Below, one piece after another: positions 9,855-19,730 of a stretch of DNA of 64,000 nt. The first letter of the stretch is position 1; each line of letters opens with the position of its first letter. The notes under the pieces are model-generated. The model was given only the letters and a program-made list of their open reading frames with translations. It did not search any database and was not told the origin of the DNA. Source of the stretch: an uncultured Candidatus Rokubacteria bacterium (GTDB lineage Bacteria > Methylomirabilota > Methylomirabilia > Rokubacteriales > DASRDR01); contig CAWDVE010000010.1 in assembly GCA_963805625.1 (NCBI GenBank), positions 448,001 to 512,000 on the forward strand, given 5' to 3'. Both the position numbers and the translations under genes were made by a program.

Positions 9855-11399
9855 CTAGGACCGCGAGCTCTGCCGGTAGAAGGGATCGAGCGACCCGGGA
9901 TCGAGCCATCCGTCGTAGAAGCGGCGCACGTGCGGGAACAGGCCGCGCGACAGCCGGCGGCGATGCTCCTCGTCGGGAGCGAGCGGTCGCCGGAGCGCCG
10001 CCGCCAGCTCCTCGAGGACGGCGGCCTTGTCGACGCGGGTCACGCGTCCGTCCCGGAGCACGACCTCCCCGGCGACCAGCACCGTGTCGATGGCCGCCGC
10101 ACGGGCGCGGTGCACGATGGCGTCGAGCACCGGCGTGCCTGCCTCGAGGTAGGGGTGGGCGACGGAGCGCCAAGGCAGCAGCACGAGGTCGGCCGCCCGG
10201 CCGGCCGAGACCACGCCGAGGCGGTCGCCGAAGGGCGTGGTGGCGGCGCCGTCCTCGGTCGCCATGCGGAAGACCTGGGCGCTGGTCGGCACGTCGTCGC
10301 CCATCCCGGGGACGCGGTGGAGCCGGAGCGCCAGACGCATCTCCTGGAGCATGTCACGGTCGTCGTTGATGCCAGCCTCGTCCAGCCCGATCCCGAGCCG
10401 CACGCCGGCCGCCAGGAAGCGGTTCACCGGCGCGATGCCGCTGCGGAGCCGGAGATTCGAACTCGGATTGGTGCAGATCATGACGCCCCGCCCAGCGACC
10501 CGGTCAACGTCCCGCTCTGTGAGCCAGACGCCGTGCCCCAGTGTCAGGCGCGAACCCAGGAGGCCCAGCCGGTCGAGGTGCTCCACCGCGGTGCCGCCCG
10601 TCCGCCGGCGTGCGTACTCGCGCTGGTAGGCGGTCTCGTCGAGATGCATGTGCATCCCCACCTCGTGCCGGGCCGAGCTCTCTCCGAGCGCCGTCAGCGC
10701 GGCGTCGGAGCACCAGTGGAGGTTGGCCGGGGCGAGCTGGATGCGCGTCCTGCCACCCCGGTTTCGGCCGTGCGCCTCCCAGAGGCTCCGGAACAGATCG
10801 AGCTGATCGGCCACCGGGATCACCTGTCCGGTGAGGAAGGCGTCGACGTCGGGAGCGAGATCTGGCGGCAGGCGCCGGACGAACACCTGGTCGGCCTCGT
10901 ACGCGAGCCGGTTCTGGTCCCGGAGCATGTACGAGTACGAGACGCGCATCCCCACGTCCTGGTAGGCCTGGAGGATGCGGTCGGCGACCTCACGCACGCG
11001 CGACGCGGGCGAGCCTCGCCAGCCGTGGATGTGCTGGACGGTGGTGATCCCGGATTCGAGCATCTCGAAGGCCGAGTAGAGCGTGTCGAGATACGGGTCG
11101 ACCGCCCGGGCGCCGAGCCGGCTCGCGAACCAAAGCTCGAGGGGATGGTCGGGCGAGCCGAGCTGGAACGGGGTGAGCCCCACGTGGTGGTGGGCATTCA
11201 CGAACCCCGGAAGCACGACGTGGTCCGGCGAGCCCAGCACCGCGTCCGCCGGGTGCCGGTGCCGGAGCGTCTCGTATGGCCCGACGTCCTGGATGACGCC
11301 GTCGTGCTGGAAGACGGCCGCGTCTTCCAGCACCTCCGCTCCATCCCGGCCGACGGCCCGGGTTACCACGTAGCGCCCGCGGACCAGGGACGACGGCAT
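9855..11399 (-). CDS. Metal-dependent amidohydrolase/deaminase (AtzA/SsnA-like)
   Basis: 'LPGFVNAHHH', 'ESGITT', 'HMHLDE', 'HGVW', 'NPSSNLRLRSG', 'GLDEAG', 'GRAADLV'. Confidence 0.9.
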   Translation of the reverse strand: MPSSLVRGRYVVTRAVGRDGAEVLEDAAVFQHDGVIQDVGPYETLRHRHPADAVLGSPDHVVLPGFVNAHHHVGLTPFQLGSPDHPLELWFASRLGARAVDPYLDTLYSAFEMLESGITTVQHIHGWRGSPASRVREVADRILQAYQDVGMRVSYSYMLRDQNRLAYEADQVFVRRLPPDLAPDVDAFLTGQVIPVADQLDLFRSLWEAHGRNRGGRTRIQLAPANLHWCSDAALTALGESSARHEVGMHMHLDETAYQREYARRRTGGTAVEHLDRLGLLGSRLTLGHGVWLTERDVDRVAGRGVMICTNPSSNLRLRSGIAPVNRFLAAGVRLGIGLDEAGINDDRDMLQEMRLALRLHRVPGMGDDVPTSAQVFRMATEDGAATTPFGDRLGVVSAGRAADLVLLPWRSVAHPYLEAGTPVLDAIVHRARAAAIDTVLVAGEVVLRDGRVTRVDKAAVLEELAAALRRPLAPDEEHRRRLSRGLFPHVRRFYDGWLDPGSLDPFYRQSSRS

Positions 11400-11407
11400 C
11401 TCGCCTC

Positions 11408-12166
11408 CTAGCGGGCCGTCACGCCACCGTCGGCGACGACGATCGCTCCCGTCATGAACGACGCCTCGTCCGACGCGAGGAAGTGGATCACGCTCGCGAT
11501 CTCCTCCGGCCGGCCCAGCCGCCCGAGCAGGGTCGAGTCCATCTCGGCGCGCAGCTTGGCCTGGGGGTCGGGCGCCCGCGCGACCGCGCCACGGAGGAGC
11601 GGCGTGTCGACGGGTCCCGGACAGACACAGTTGACCCGGATGTGGTCGGACGCATGGTCGACGGCGAGCGCCCGCGTCAGCTGCACCACCGCCCCCTTGG
11701 TGGCGCCGTACATGGCGCTTCGCCGCGAGCCGACCAGCCCGAGCTCCGAGGCGATGTTGACGATCACCCCGCCGCCGCCGCGGCGCATGGGCGGGATCAC
11801 CGCCCGGCAGCAGAGGAAGGTGCCGGTCAGGTTCACCGCGCAGAGGGTGTGCCATTCCACCATCGTCGCCTCGTCGATCGTGACGGGCCGCGGCGTTCCG
11901 ATCCCGGCCGCGTTGACGAGCGCGTCCACGCGCTGCGCGCGGGACAGCACCGCGTCCACCATGGCACGGACCTCTCCCTCGTCGGCGATGTCCGTCCGGA
12001 TGCCCCATGCGTCGCCGCCGGCCGTCACGATGGCCCGGGCGGCCTCCTCGGGATCGGCGCGATCGACCACCGCCACGCGCGCGCCCTCGCGCGCGAGGCG
12101 CCTGGCAGTTGCCAGTCCGATCCCCGACGCCCCACCCGTGACGATGGCGACGCAGCCAGGCTTCAT
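11408..12166 (-). CDS. SDR family oxidoreductase
   Basis: TGGASGIG, NAAG, YGATK, 'IRVNCVCPGPVDT', 'DGG'. Confidence 0.93.
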   Translation of the reverse strand: MKPGCVAIVTGGASGIGLATARRLAREGARVAVVDRADPEEAARAIVTAGGDAWGIRTDIADEGEVRAMVDAVLSRAQRVDALVNAAGIGTPRPVTIDEATMVEWHTLCAVNLTGTFLCCRAVIPPMRRGGGGVIVNIASELGLVGSRRSAMYGATKGAVVQLTRALAVDHASDHIRVNCVCPGPVDTPLLRGAVARAPDPQAKLRAEMDSTLLGRLGRPEEIASVIHFLASDEASFMTGAIVVADGGVTAR

Positions 12167-12242
12167 GTCTGGACCCCCTTGTTCGGCGTGCTCCTGCCGG
12201 CTCCGCTATCAGCGGCCGGGCGGACCACCGCGTCAAGCTCGA

Positions 12243-12899
12243 TCAGCGGCGCTTCCAGACCGGCTCCTCGAGATGGCTGACCCGTGTCGCGCGCCCGTGG
12301 AGGATCACCTCGCGGAGCTGGTAGAGGATGGCCGCTGTCGGCGCGTGGATCAGAGTCCCGAGCAGCGGCAGCTGAACGACGGGCCGCTCGCGCTCCGGTA
12401 CCGTCAGGAAGCGCGGAACGTCCGGCGCATCGAGATCGGCGAGCAGGACTCGGTGGATCGAGGCGACCTCGGTTGGGTTGGCAAGGAGCCCGACGGCCGG
12501 TCCCGCCCACACGACGACGGGGGTGACGACGAATCCCGACCGCGTCGGATAGTCATCCAGGCAGCCGAGCACCGTGGTCTCGTCGAGCGTGAGGCCGACC
12601 TCCTCGGCAAGCTCGCGGAGGGCGGCGCTTGATGCACTCTCCCCCGGATCGATTCGGCCGCCCGGCAACGCCCACTGTCCGCCGTGAGCGCGGAGGCCAG
12701 GGGCCCGGCGCGTCAGGAGGAAGGTCGCACGCCGCTCGTCGTCCGGGAGCAGGACCGCGGCCACGGCGGCGGGCCGGCGGCCGCCCAGCGGGATCGCCTG
12801 GCGCGAGAAGGCGGCGAGATGAGCCTCCACGTGCGCCCGGAATGCGGCGTCGTGGCGCGATCGGGCGGGATCCCAGCTCGCCTGCCCGGGCGTCCTCAT
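12243..12899 (-). CDS. Nudix hydrolase, CoA pyrophosphatase (NudL-like)
   Basis: 'LLTRRA..LRAHGGQWALPGGRIDPGE....AALRELAEEVG'. Confidence 0.88.
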   Translation of the reverse strand: MRTPGQASWDPARSRHDAAFRAHVEAHLAAFSRQAIPLGGRRPAAVAAVLLPDDERRATFLLTRRAPGLRAHGGQWALPGGRIDPGESASSAALRELAEEVGLTLDETTVLGCLDDYPTRSGFVVTPVVVWAGPAVGLLANPTEVASIHRVLLADLDAPDVPRFLTVPERERPVVQLPLLGTLIHAPTAAILYQLREVILHGRATRVSHLEEPVWKRR

Positions 12900-12921
12900 G
12901 GTTACGCTGTGAGCGCTCCCG

Positions 12922-13827
12922 CTATCTCGCCTGCCCGAGAAAGGCGATGACGGCGTCCGAGACCACCGCGGGCTGCTCGCGGGAGGCGAAGTGCCCGGCG
13001 TCCGGGATCACCTGGCGGGAATAGCCCCTGGAGAACAGGTGGGCTTCCCCTTCCGAGGTGTGGACCGGATCGACCGTGTCGTCCTGCCCGTGGAGCACGA
13101 GCGTCGGAACCTGGATCGGAGGGCGGGTTGCCAGACGCGCCTCGGCCGCCGCGAAGCGCGGCTGTCCGGGGGCGTTCCCGTGCCGGTGGCGGTACGAGTG
13201 GATGACGACATCCACGAAGTCGGGGTTGTCGAGGGACGGAAGGGTGCGATCGAGCGTGGCGTCGTCGAACCGCCAGCCGGGCGACCATGTGCGCCACAGG
13301 AGCCGGCAGATCTCACGCCGGTTCCGCGCCAGGCCGCGCCGTCCGCGGTCGGTGTTGAAGTACCACTGGTACCAGAGCCGCGCCTCTTGCTCCGGGTCCT
13401 CTGGATGTGCCGCCTTCGCGATGTCCTGGATGGCGTAGCCGCCGACGCTCACCAGGGCGCCCACGCGCTCCGGGTGGAGCGCCGCGACGATGCAGACGGC
13501 CCGGGCGCCCCAGTCCTGGCCGACGAGCGAGACGCGGCGGAGACCGAGGACGTCGATCAGGTCGATCAGATCCTGGCCGAGCGCAGCCTGCTGGGCCGTA
13601 CGGGACCGCGCCGGATCGAGGAACCGCGTCGGGCCGAAGCCCCGGAGGTAGGGAACGATGACGCGGTAGCCAGCGCCGACGAGTCGCGGGACCACGTCGT
13701 CCCAGGCCCGGGCATCGTCCGGGAACCCGTGGAGCAGCATCACGACCGGGTCAGCCAAGTTTCCGTGTTCCTCGTAGCCGATCTCCAGGGTGTCGGTTCG
13801 AGCTCGCCTGATGGGCACAGTCTGCAT
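12922..13827 (-). CDS. Alpha/beta hydrolase (epoxide hydrolase-like)
   Basis: 'LLHGFPD', 'YLRGFG', nucleophile elbow 'GQDWGA', 'GHF..REQP'. Confidence 0.9.
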   Translation of the reverse strand: MQTVPIRRARTDTLEIGYEEHGNLADPVVMLLHGFPDDARAWDDVVPRLVGAGYRVIVPYLRGFGPTRFLDPARSRTAQQAALGQDLIDLIDVLGLRRVSLVGQDWGARAVCIVAALHPERVGALVSVGGYAIQDIAKAAHPEDPEQEARLWYQWYFNTDRGRRGLARNRREICRLLWRTWSPGWRFDDATLDRTLPSLDNPDFVDVVIHSYRHRHGNAPGQPRFAAAEARLATRPPIQVPTLVLHGQDDTVDPVHTSEGEAHLFSRGYSRQVIPDAGHFASREQPAVVSDAVIAFLGQAR

Positions 13828-13884
13828 CGCTAGGTCTCCTCGCGGTGGGCTGCCGGCGCCGCGATCCGGGGTCGCACGCCGATC

Positions 13885-14664
13885 CTAGGACAACCGGTCA
13901 GCGACCACGGCCCAGGCGGTCGCCACGCGCCGGATGCCGGGGATCCGCGCGACGGTGGCGTCGAGGCGATCGTAGGCGATGCCGGTCCAGGGCGCCATCG
14001 GCACGCGCCGCGACAGCCGCCCCCACACGTTACGCGGCAGCACGTGGAAGGCGCGACAGCCCTCGACACGGAACCCCGCGCGTTCGAACAGGGCGCACGC
14101 TTCGCGCCGGGTATAGGTCCGCTCGTGATGGAACCGGCCGAGCCGCCGCCCAATCCATTCGGTGTACGCGTGGCGGTTCGGGAGGTGGTACGTGAAGAGC
14201 CGGCCGCCGGGCCGGAGGACGCGGCGCAGCTCCGCCAGAGCGGCGCGCTCGTCGTCCACGTGCTCGAGGACGCCACAGTTGAGGACGGCGTCGAACGCGC
14301 CATCCACGAACGGAAGATTCGGGCCCGGGGTCACGACGTAAGGCACCTCGGCCTTCCGGAGGAGCCCGGCGGCCGCGCCTTTGTCCTCCACGTCGTAGGC
14401 CACCACGCGCACCCCCTGGGCCCGGAGGAGGAGGCTCGTCTGTCCCCATCCCGCGCCCCAGTCGAGCACCCGCCCCTGCCCGACCCACGCTGCCACCTCC
14501 GCCGCGATGGCCAGGTACTGCGCGAGGCCGACCGAGCTCGCGATGTTCGAGCACTCCGGGCGCTCGGCGAGGTGGCGCCGGCCGAAGGCCAGGACACGCG
14601 CGGCGGCGGCTTCCACCGGTCCAGGGCTTACGGACCCAGGCCACACGGCTCCGGTGGAGCTCAA
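13885..14664 (-). CDS. Class I SAM-dependent methyltransferase
   Basis: 'VLDWGAGWG', 'LPF.DGAFDAV', 'VLEHV', 'RVLRPGG'; TTG start overlaps nfo stop (TTGA). Confidence 0.85.
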   Translation of the reverse strand: MSSTGAVWPGSVSPGPVEAAAARVLAFGRRHLAERPECSNIASSVGLAQYLAIAAEVAAWVGQGRVLDWGAGWGQTSLLLRAQGVRVVAYDVEDKGAAAGLLRKAEVPYVVTPGPNLPFVDGAFDAVLNCGVLEHVDDERAALAELRRVLRPGGRLFTYHLPNRHAYTEWIGRRLGRFHHERTYTRREACALFERAGFRVEGCRAFHVLPRNVWGRLSRRVPMAPWTGIAYDRLDATVARIPGIRRVATAWAVVADRLS

Positions 14665-15560
14665 CGACGCCGGCCCGACCCGCGACGCAGGCCGCGGAGG
14701 GTCGCCAGGTTTCGGGCGTCGCCGTCGTCGCGCTTCGGCGTCTCGAGGATCATGGGAAGTGTTCCCAGACGAGGGTGATCGAGGAGGAAGCGAAAGGCCG
14801 CGAGGCCGATGTGTCCGGCCCCGATGCTCTCGTGGCGATCGAGTTTCGAGCCCAGCCCCGCCTTCGAGTCGTTCAGGTGGAAGGCCGCCAGCCGTCCGAG
14901 CCCCACCGCGCGATCGAATTCGGCGAGCACCGCCGCAAAGCCCCGGGGCGTGCGGATGTCATACCCCGCCGCGAATAGGTGACACGTGTCCATGCAGAGG
15001 GCCAGGCGCTCGGGCCGACGGACTCGAGCGAAGATCGCGCCGAGCTCCTCCGCCCGGGAGCCGAGGACGTGTCCGGCTCCGGCCGTGTTCTCGAGGGCGA
15101 CCCGGACGTTCCATCCCTCGGTGCGGTGGGCGATCTCGTCCAGCGCTGTGATGAGCCGGTCGAGCCCCTCCTGCGTACCGGCGCCCCGGTGCGATCCTGG
15201 GTGGAGAACGACGAAGGGAAGGCGAAGGCGCTCGGCGCGCTCGAGGTCGTCCCGGAGGGCGCCCACGGCCCGAGCCCGCTCATCCGCGGACGGCGTCGCC
15301 AGGTTGATGAGATAGTTCGCGTGAGCGCACGCAGTGCGCATCCCCGAGGTGACGAGCTCACGCCGGAACTCGAGAGCCTCGTCCTCGTCCAGGCGGCGGC
15401 CGGCCCACCTGAGCTGGTTCTTGACGAAGATCTGCACGACGCCACACCCGGCCGCCACGCCGCGCCGGACCGCATTCGGCAGGCCGCCGGCGATCGACAT
15501 GTGCGCACCGAGGTTGTCGGACGCGGCAGCGCCCCGGACGCCGGCGCCCGGCGGACTCAG
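14661..15560 (-). CDS. nfo: Endonuclease IV
   Basis: 'LGAHMSIAGG', 'HANYLINLA', 'HPGSH', 'LENTAG', 'DTCHLFAAGYD', 'HLNDSK', 'DRHE', 'LETP'. Start placed at CTG 15560 (uncertain). Confidence 0.93.
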   Translation of the reverse strand: MSPPGAGVRGAAASDNLGAHMSIAGGLPNAVRRGVAAGCGVVQIFVKNQLRWAGRRLDEDEALEFRRELVTSGMRTACAHANYLINLATPSADERARAVGALRDDLERAERLRLPFVVLHPGSHRGAGTQEGLDRLITALDEIAHRTEGWNVRVALENTAGAGHVLGSRAEELGAIFARVRRPERLALCMDTCHLFAAGYDIRTPRGFAAVLAEFDRAVGLGRLAAFHLNDSKAGLGSKLDRHESIGAGHIGLAAFRFLLDHPRLGTLPMILETPKRDDGDARNLATLRGLRRGSGRRR

Positions 15561-16018
15561 CCGAGCTTCTTCACCTCGTCCAGGATCCTCGCCGGATCGG
15601 GCAGTACACCCCGCCCGTGGCGCTCCACGAACCGGACCAGACCCTGCCTGTCGATCACGAACGTCGCGCGATGGCACGCGTTGAGCTCCGGCCAGTGGAT
15701 CCCGTAGCGCTTGACCACATCCCGGTGGATATCCGACAGCAAGGGATACGAGATCCCGCCGAGCGACTTCGCCCAGGCGGCGTGACTGTAGATCGAATCG
15801 CATGAGATACCCACGACCTGGGCATCCGCGGCCTCGAAGTCCCGGAATCGGGCCTCGAAGGCCGGCATCTCCTTGGTTCAGCCTGGGGTCCAGTCAAGAA
15901 CGTAGAAGAGCAGAACGACGGGCTTCCCCCGCTGCGCGGCCAGGCTCCACTCCTTGCCCCCGATCCCCTGCAGTCGGATGTCCGGCGCCGTCTCACCCAC
16001 CTTCGGCATCTCCGACAT
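15557..16018 (-). CDS. AhpC/TSA-family peroxiredoxin with in-frame UGA at the peroxidatic position (probable selenoprotein)
   Basis: ORFs 15878-16078 and 15557-15868 are one frame joined by TGA (15880-15878): 'VVLLFYVLDWTPG-U-TKEMPAF', where the family has TPxC; continues 'VVGISCDS..SHAAW..YPLLSD..RATFVID'; GGAGGG RBS before ATG 16018. Confidence 0.88.
15830..15863 (-). promoter_or_regulatory. Candidate bacterial SECIS hairpin
   Basis: GGCCUUCGAGGCCCG-AUUC-CGGGACUUCGAGGCC begins 15 nt after the UGA; loop-closing G is 29 nt from the UGA; folded by eye. Confidence 0.55.
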
Positions 16019-16055
16019 GATGCTCCCTCCCCTGATTCGTGGCCGCGAGGAGGGC

Positions 16056-16931
16056 TCACGGCCCGCCGATCGCCTCACGCGTGTCGGGCCGGTCCCGCCG
16101 CCGCCGGGCCCAGAGCGCGGCCCGCCAGGCTTCGAGGCACTCGTCGCGGCGACCCAGGTACTCCGCTGCCGTCACGACCCGCCCGGTGTCGAACGCCTGG
16201 GCGAGGCGCTCCCGGAATCGCGGCTCGCGCACCGCGTGATGGTCGATGATCACGCGGCAACCCGTTTCCCCGACCAGACGGACCAGGTTGTCGATCCCCC
16301 GCTGCAGGACGTCGTGTCCCACCTGGCTTTGGAGGTAGGTCGGCGGGCCCGAAAGGTAGACGAGGTCCGGGCGCTCTCGCAGGAGATACGCGGTGGCAAC
16401 CGGCGAGGCCGGGCCCTGGAGGTCCGACGCGTGGACGAACCGCATGCCGTCATCCACCGTCACCGCCACGACGTGCCCGAACTCGGACCCATCCTGCCCG
16501 TGAGGGAGTGGTGGCGAGAAGCGCACGGTCACGCCGTCGAGTTCCACCTGCTGCCCCTCCGCCGGCTCGAGACGGCAGTGGGGGCGCACCGCTCGCCAGA
16601 ACTCGCGCCCCTGGGCGGCCTGGTGGCGGTCGATCGCCAAACGCGGATCCTTCGCCCAGACCTGACGGCCGGTGTAGAGGGCGGGATCCGTCCGAAAGTG
16701 ATCGGCGTGAAAGTGACTCACCGCCACGTGTGTGGCGCGGACGGCGTAGGCGTCGATCCGGAGGCGAGCGCGCGCCAACGCCTCCTCCTCGGCGGGGGCC
16801 GGGTCGAGACCGTACCGGCGTGGTGCCAGGGTCGCGCCGGGGTCGATGAGGAGGCGAAGCGCCCCGGCCTCCACGTAGGTCGCCATCGACCGGACGCCCA
16901 GCGAGTCGGCCGCGAGCGGCATCACGCGCAC
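16056..16931 (-). CDS. UPF0282-like metallo-beta-lactamase-fold hydrolase
   Basis: 'PLAADSLGVRSMATYVE', 'IDPG..LAPRRYGL', 'SHFHADH', 'SDLQGP', 'GPPTYL', 'DHH..R'; GTG start assumed. Confidence 0.8.
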   Translation of the reverse strand: MRVMPLAADSLGVRSMATYVEAGALRLLIDPGATLAPRRYGLDPAPAEEEALARARLRIDAYAVRATHVAVSHFHADHFRTDPALYTGRQVWAKDPRLAIDRHQAAQGREFWRAVRPHCRLEPAEGQQVELDGVTVRFSPPLPHGQDGSEFGHVVAVTVDDGMRFVHASDLQGPASPVATAYLLRERPDLVYLSGPPTYLQSQVGHDVLQRGIDNLVRLVGETGCRVIIDHHAVREPRFRERLAQAFDTGRVVTAAEYLGRRDECLEAWRAALWARRRRDRPDTREAIGGP

Positions 16932-16962
16932 CGCTGCCCTCCGGCCGGTTCCGCCCGGGATG

Positions 16963-17451
16963 TCATGTCCGGGCGCCGTCAATGCTGCGCTTGAGATCGG
17001 TGACGTCGCCGCCGGTCACTCGGCACAGTTCGGCCGGTGTGATCGGGAACACGGCGTGCGGCGTTCCGGCCGCCGCGATCAGACGATCGTAGCCGAGGAG
17101 GTCGCGGTCGATGAACACGCGGATTGGCCGCGGATGGCCGACGGGCGGGACCCCGCCGATCGCGTACCCCGTGGACTCACGCACGGCGTCGGCGTCGGCG
17201 CGGCGGACGGGCTGACCGCTCAGCTCGGCGAGGCGCCGCTCGTCCGCCTGGTTCGCCCCGGACACGAGCACCAGGATAGGCTCGTCACCCGCCAGGAAGA
17301 CCAGCGACTTCACGATCTGTCCCACGGCCACGCCACAGGCGGCGGCGGCCTGAGCCGCCGTGCGCGCACTCTCGGCAAGCACGATAACCTCGCCCTCGAC
17401 GCCAAGGGCTTGGAGGGCAGCCCGTACGCGGGCCGCCGCAGGCGGGATCAC
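16963..17451 (-). CDS. YbaK/EbsC aminoacyl-tRNA deacylase family protein
   Basis: 'QIVKSLVF', 'TGYAIGGVPPVGH', 'AAAGT'; GTGA overlap with upstream gene. Confidence 0.9.
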   Translation of the reverse strand: MIPPAAARVRAALQALGVEGEVIVLAESARTAAQAAAACGVAVGQIVKSLVFLAGDEPILVLVSGANQADERRLAELSGQPVRRADADAVRESTGYAIGGVPPVGHPRPIRVFIDRDLLGYDRLIAAAGTPHAVFPITPAELCRVTGGDVTDLKRSIDGART

Positions 17452-17798
17452 GTGAGGAGCTCCAGACGGAACCGGCGAGCCGGCCCGGACCGCGCCGTGG
17501 TCGCCCACCGGTAGCGACGGAGGTCGATCCGGCCTCGGGCGAAGCGTACCCCCTCGCCCTCGAGGAGCAGGCGCTGGGTCAGCGCCCCGCTACCGTCACC
17601 GCGCTGGCTGATCGTTCCGCGCCCGTTCACGACGCGGTGCCACGGCACACCCGCCGGGCAGACCCGCATTGCGTGCCCCACGGCGCGGGCGGCGCGGGGC
17701 GCCCCGAGGAGCGCCGCGACCTGCCCATAGGTCACGACGCGCCCGGCCGGCACGCGGCGCACCAGCGCGTGGACGCGCTTTTCGAGTCCACCCGTCAT
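17448..17798 (-). CDS. Alkyltransferase-like protein (ATL, YbaZ-type)
   Basis: 'VPAGRVVTYGQVA', 'ARAVG', and PWHRV in place of catalytic PCHRV. Confidence 0.9.
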   Translation of the reverse strand: MTGGLEKRVHALVRRVPAGRVVTYGQVAALLGAPRAARAVGHAMRVCPAGVPWHRVVNGRGTISQRGDGSGALTQRLLLEGEGVRFARGRIDLRRYRWATTARSGPARRFRLELLT

Positions 17799-19705
17799 GC
17801 CCGCGCGGCGGTGTCGGCCGCCCTGCCGCTCCCGGGGGCGTCCGGACCGAACTGGAGCTCCCAGAGAGTGCGGTAAAGGCCGTCTCGCCGGAGCAGCTCG
17901 ACGTGCGGACCCTCGTCGACCAGCTGGCCGTGCTGGAGAACCACGACACGATCCGCTCCCTGGATGGTCGACAAGCGATGCGCGATCACCATGCTGGTCC
18001 GTCCGGCGATGAGCTGGTTGATGGCGTCTTGAAGCAAGTGCTCGGTTTCAGGGTCGACGCTCGACGTGGCCTCGTCGAGCACCAGAACGGGGGGATTATA
18101 CAAGAGGGCCCGGGCGACCGAAAGGAGCTGGCGCTGTCCGTGCGAGAGGTTCGCGCCTCGCTCGAGCAGCGGGGCCTCGTAGGCGCCGGCGAGCGACTGG
18201 ATGAACGAGTCCGCGTGAACGCGGCGCGCCACGTCCTCCACCATCGCCCGCGGGAGATCGCTCCCGAGGGCGAGGTTCTCCGCGACGGTGCCCGCGTAGA
18301 GGACGACGTCCTGGAGGACCAGTCCGACGTGCTTTCGCAGGGCGGTCAGGTCCCACTCCCGGACGTCGACGCCTTCGACCAGGACGGCACCCCGCTGCAC
18401 ATCGTACGTTCGCGTGAGGAGCCGGGCGAGGGTCGTCTTCCCCGCCCCGGTGCCGCCGACAACGGCGATCCGCTCGCCCGTCTCGATGCGGAGGGACACG
18501 CCGCGGAGGGCCCAGGGTGACGTCCCGGTCCCGCTCGGTGTGTCACGCGCCGGCCCATCCTCTCCCGCCCCGGGATAGGCAAACCAGACGTCCCGGAGTT
18601 CCAGAGCGGCCACTCGGTGCCTCGATGTCCCCGGTGTCGCGGGTGTCCATGACCGCGTCGTGACGGCCTCGGGGACCGCCGTGCCTCCGACCTCGGGCGG
18701 AGTGTCCAGCAGCGCGAACACCCGCTCGGCCGAGACCGTGGCCGCCTGCATGACCGAGAACTTCGCCGACGCGTCGCGGATGGGGAGGTAGAAGCGCTGG
18801 GTGTACTGCATGAAGGCCACGAGGACGCCGAACGTCAGCGTGCCGTCGAGGATCTCGATCCCGCCCCACCAGAGGAGCGCGGCCACGCCAATCGCGCCCA
18901 CCGCTTCGGCGACGGCATAGAGGGTCGTGTCGAACCCCATGCGCCGGAACTGAGCTCGCCGGTAGCGCTCGCTGAGGGCCCGCAGCTCGCCGGCTCGCGC
19001 CGCTTCACGCCCGAAGAGCTGGATGACCGCCATGCCCGAGATCGTCTCCTGGAGCTCCGCGTTCAGTTGCGCCAGGCGGGCCCGCACGTCCCGATACGCG
19101 CGTCGGACCGGTCTCCTGATGGCCACCGCCACACCGATGAGGATGGGCAGCACGGTGAAGATGATCAAGGTGAGGCGGAGATGCAGGAGCAGCATCACGG
19201 CGATCACCCCGGCGAGCGTGATGACGTCACCCAGGATGGCGACGACGCCGGCCGTGAAGACCTCGCCGATCGCCTCCACGTCGCCCAGGATCCGCGTCAT
19301 GACGCGTCCGACGGGATTGCGATCGAAGAACGCGGCCGGGAGGCGCTGGACATGGGCGAAGAGGGCGGCGCGCAGGTCGTGCACCACACGCTGCCCGGTC
19401 CACGTCGCAAGGTAGATCTGCGCGTAGCGAAGCGCGTACTGGACGGCCAGCGTCAGCGAGAAGAACGCGACGATGCGCGAGAGCCCGGGCCAGTCCCCCT
19501 GGAGGATGTGGGCGTCGATGGCGACCTTGATCAGATACGGCTGGATGAGGTCCACGGCGGCCAGGAGCGGGAAGAGTGCCGCCGAGAGGGCAACCGCCCC
19601 GCGGTACGGCCGCGTGTAGGCCCAGACGCGCCCGGCCAGCCGCGCGTCGTAGACCCGGCCGGCGGTGTCGTCTTCCTCCCACGGGCCGCTCAGGCGCGGG
19701 CTCAT
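17795..19705 (-). CDS. ABC exporter subunit (TMD-NBD) of a heterodimer
   Basis: Walker A GGTGAGKT, deviant signature LSHGQ, Walker B VLVLDEATSSVD, IAHRL. Confidence 0.92.
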   Translation of the reverse strand: MSPRLSGPWEEDDTAGRVYDARLAGRVWAYTRPYRGAVALSAALFPLLAAVDLIQPYLIKVAIDAHILQGDWPGLSRIVAFFSLTLAVQYALRYAQIYLATWTGQRVVHDLRAALFAHVQRLPAAFFDRNPVGRVMTRILGDVEAIGEVFTAGVVAILGDVITLAGVIAVMLLLHLRLTLIIFTVLPILIGVAVAIRRPVRRAYRDVRARLAQLNAELQETISGMAVIQLFGREAARAGELRALSERYRRAQFRRMGFDTTLYAVAEAVGAIGVAALLWWGGIEILDGTLTFGVLVAFMQYTQRFYLPIRDASAKFSVMQAATVSAERVFALLDTPPEVGGTAVPEAVTTRSWTPATPGTSRHRVAALELRDVWFAYPGAGEDGPARDTPSGTGTSPWALRGVSLRIETGERIAVVGGTGAGKTTLARLLTRTYDVQRGAVLVEGVDVREWDLTALRKHVGLVLQDVVLYAGTVAENLALGSDLPRAMVEDVARRVHADSFIQSLAGAYEAPLLERGANLSHGQRQLLSVARALLYNPPVLVLDEATSSVDPETEHLLQDAINQLIAGRTSMVIAHRLSTIQGADRVVVLQHGQLVDEGPHVELLRRDGLYRTLWELQFGPDAPGSGRAADTAARA

Positions 19706-19730
19706 GGCCGCTCCGGGAGGTGGAACGACC

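Noticed and set aside
15557-15868. Independent 103-aa peroxiredoxin fragment starting at ATG after AAGGAG
   Set aside because: The SD-like sequence abuts the ATG with no spacer and the product would lack the active site; Sec read-through explains it better
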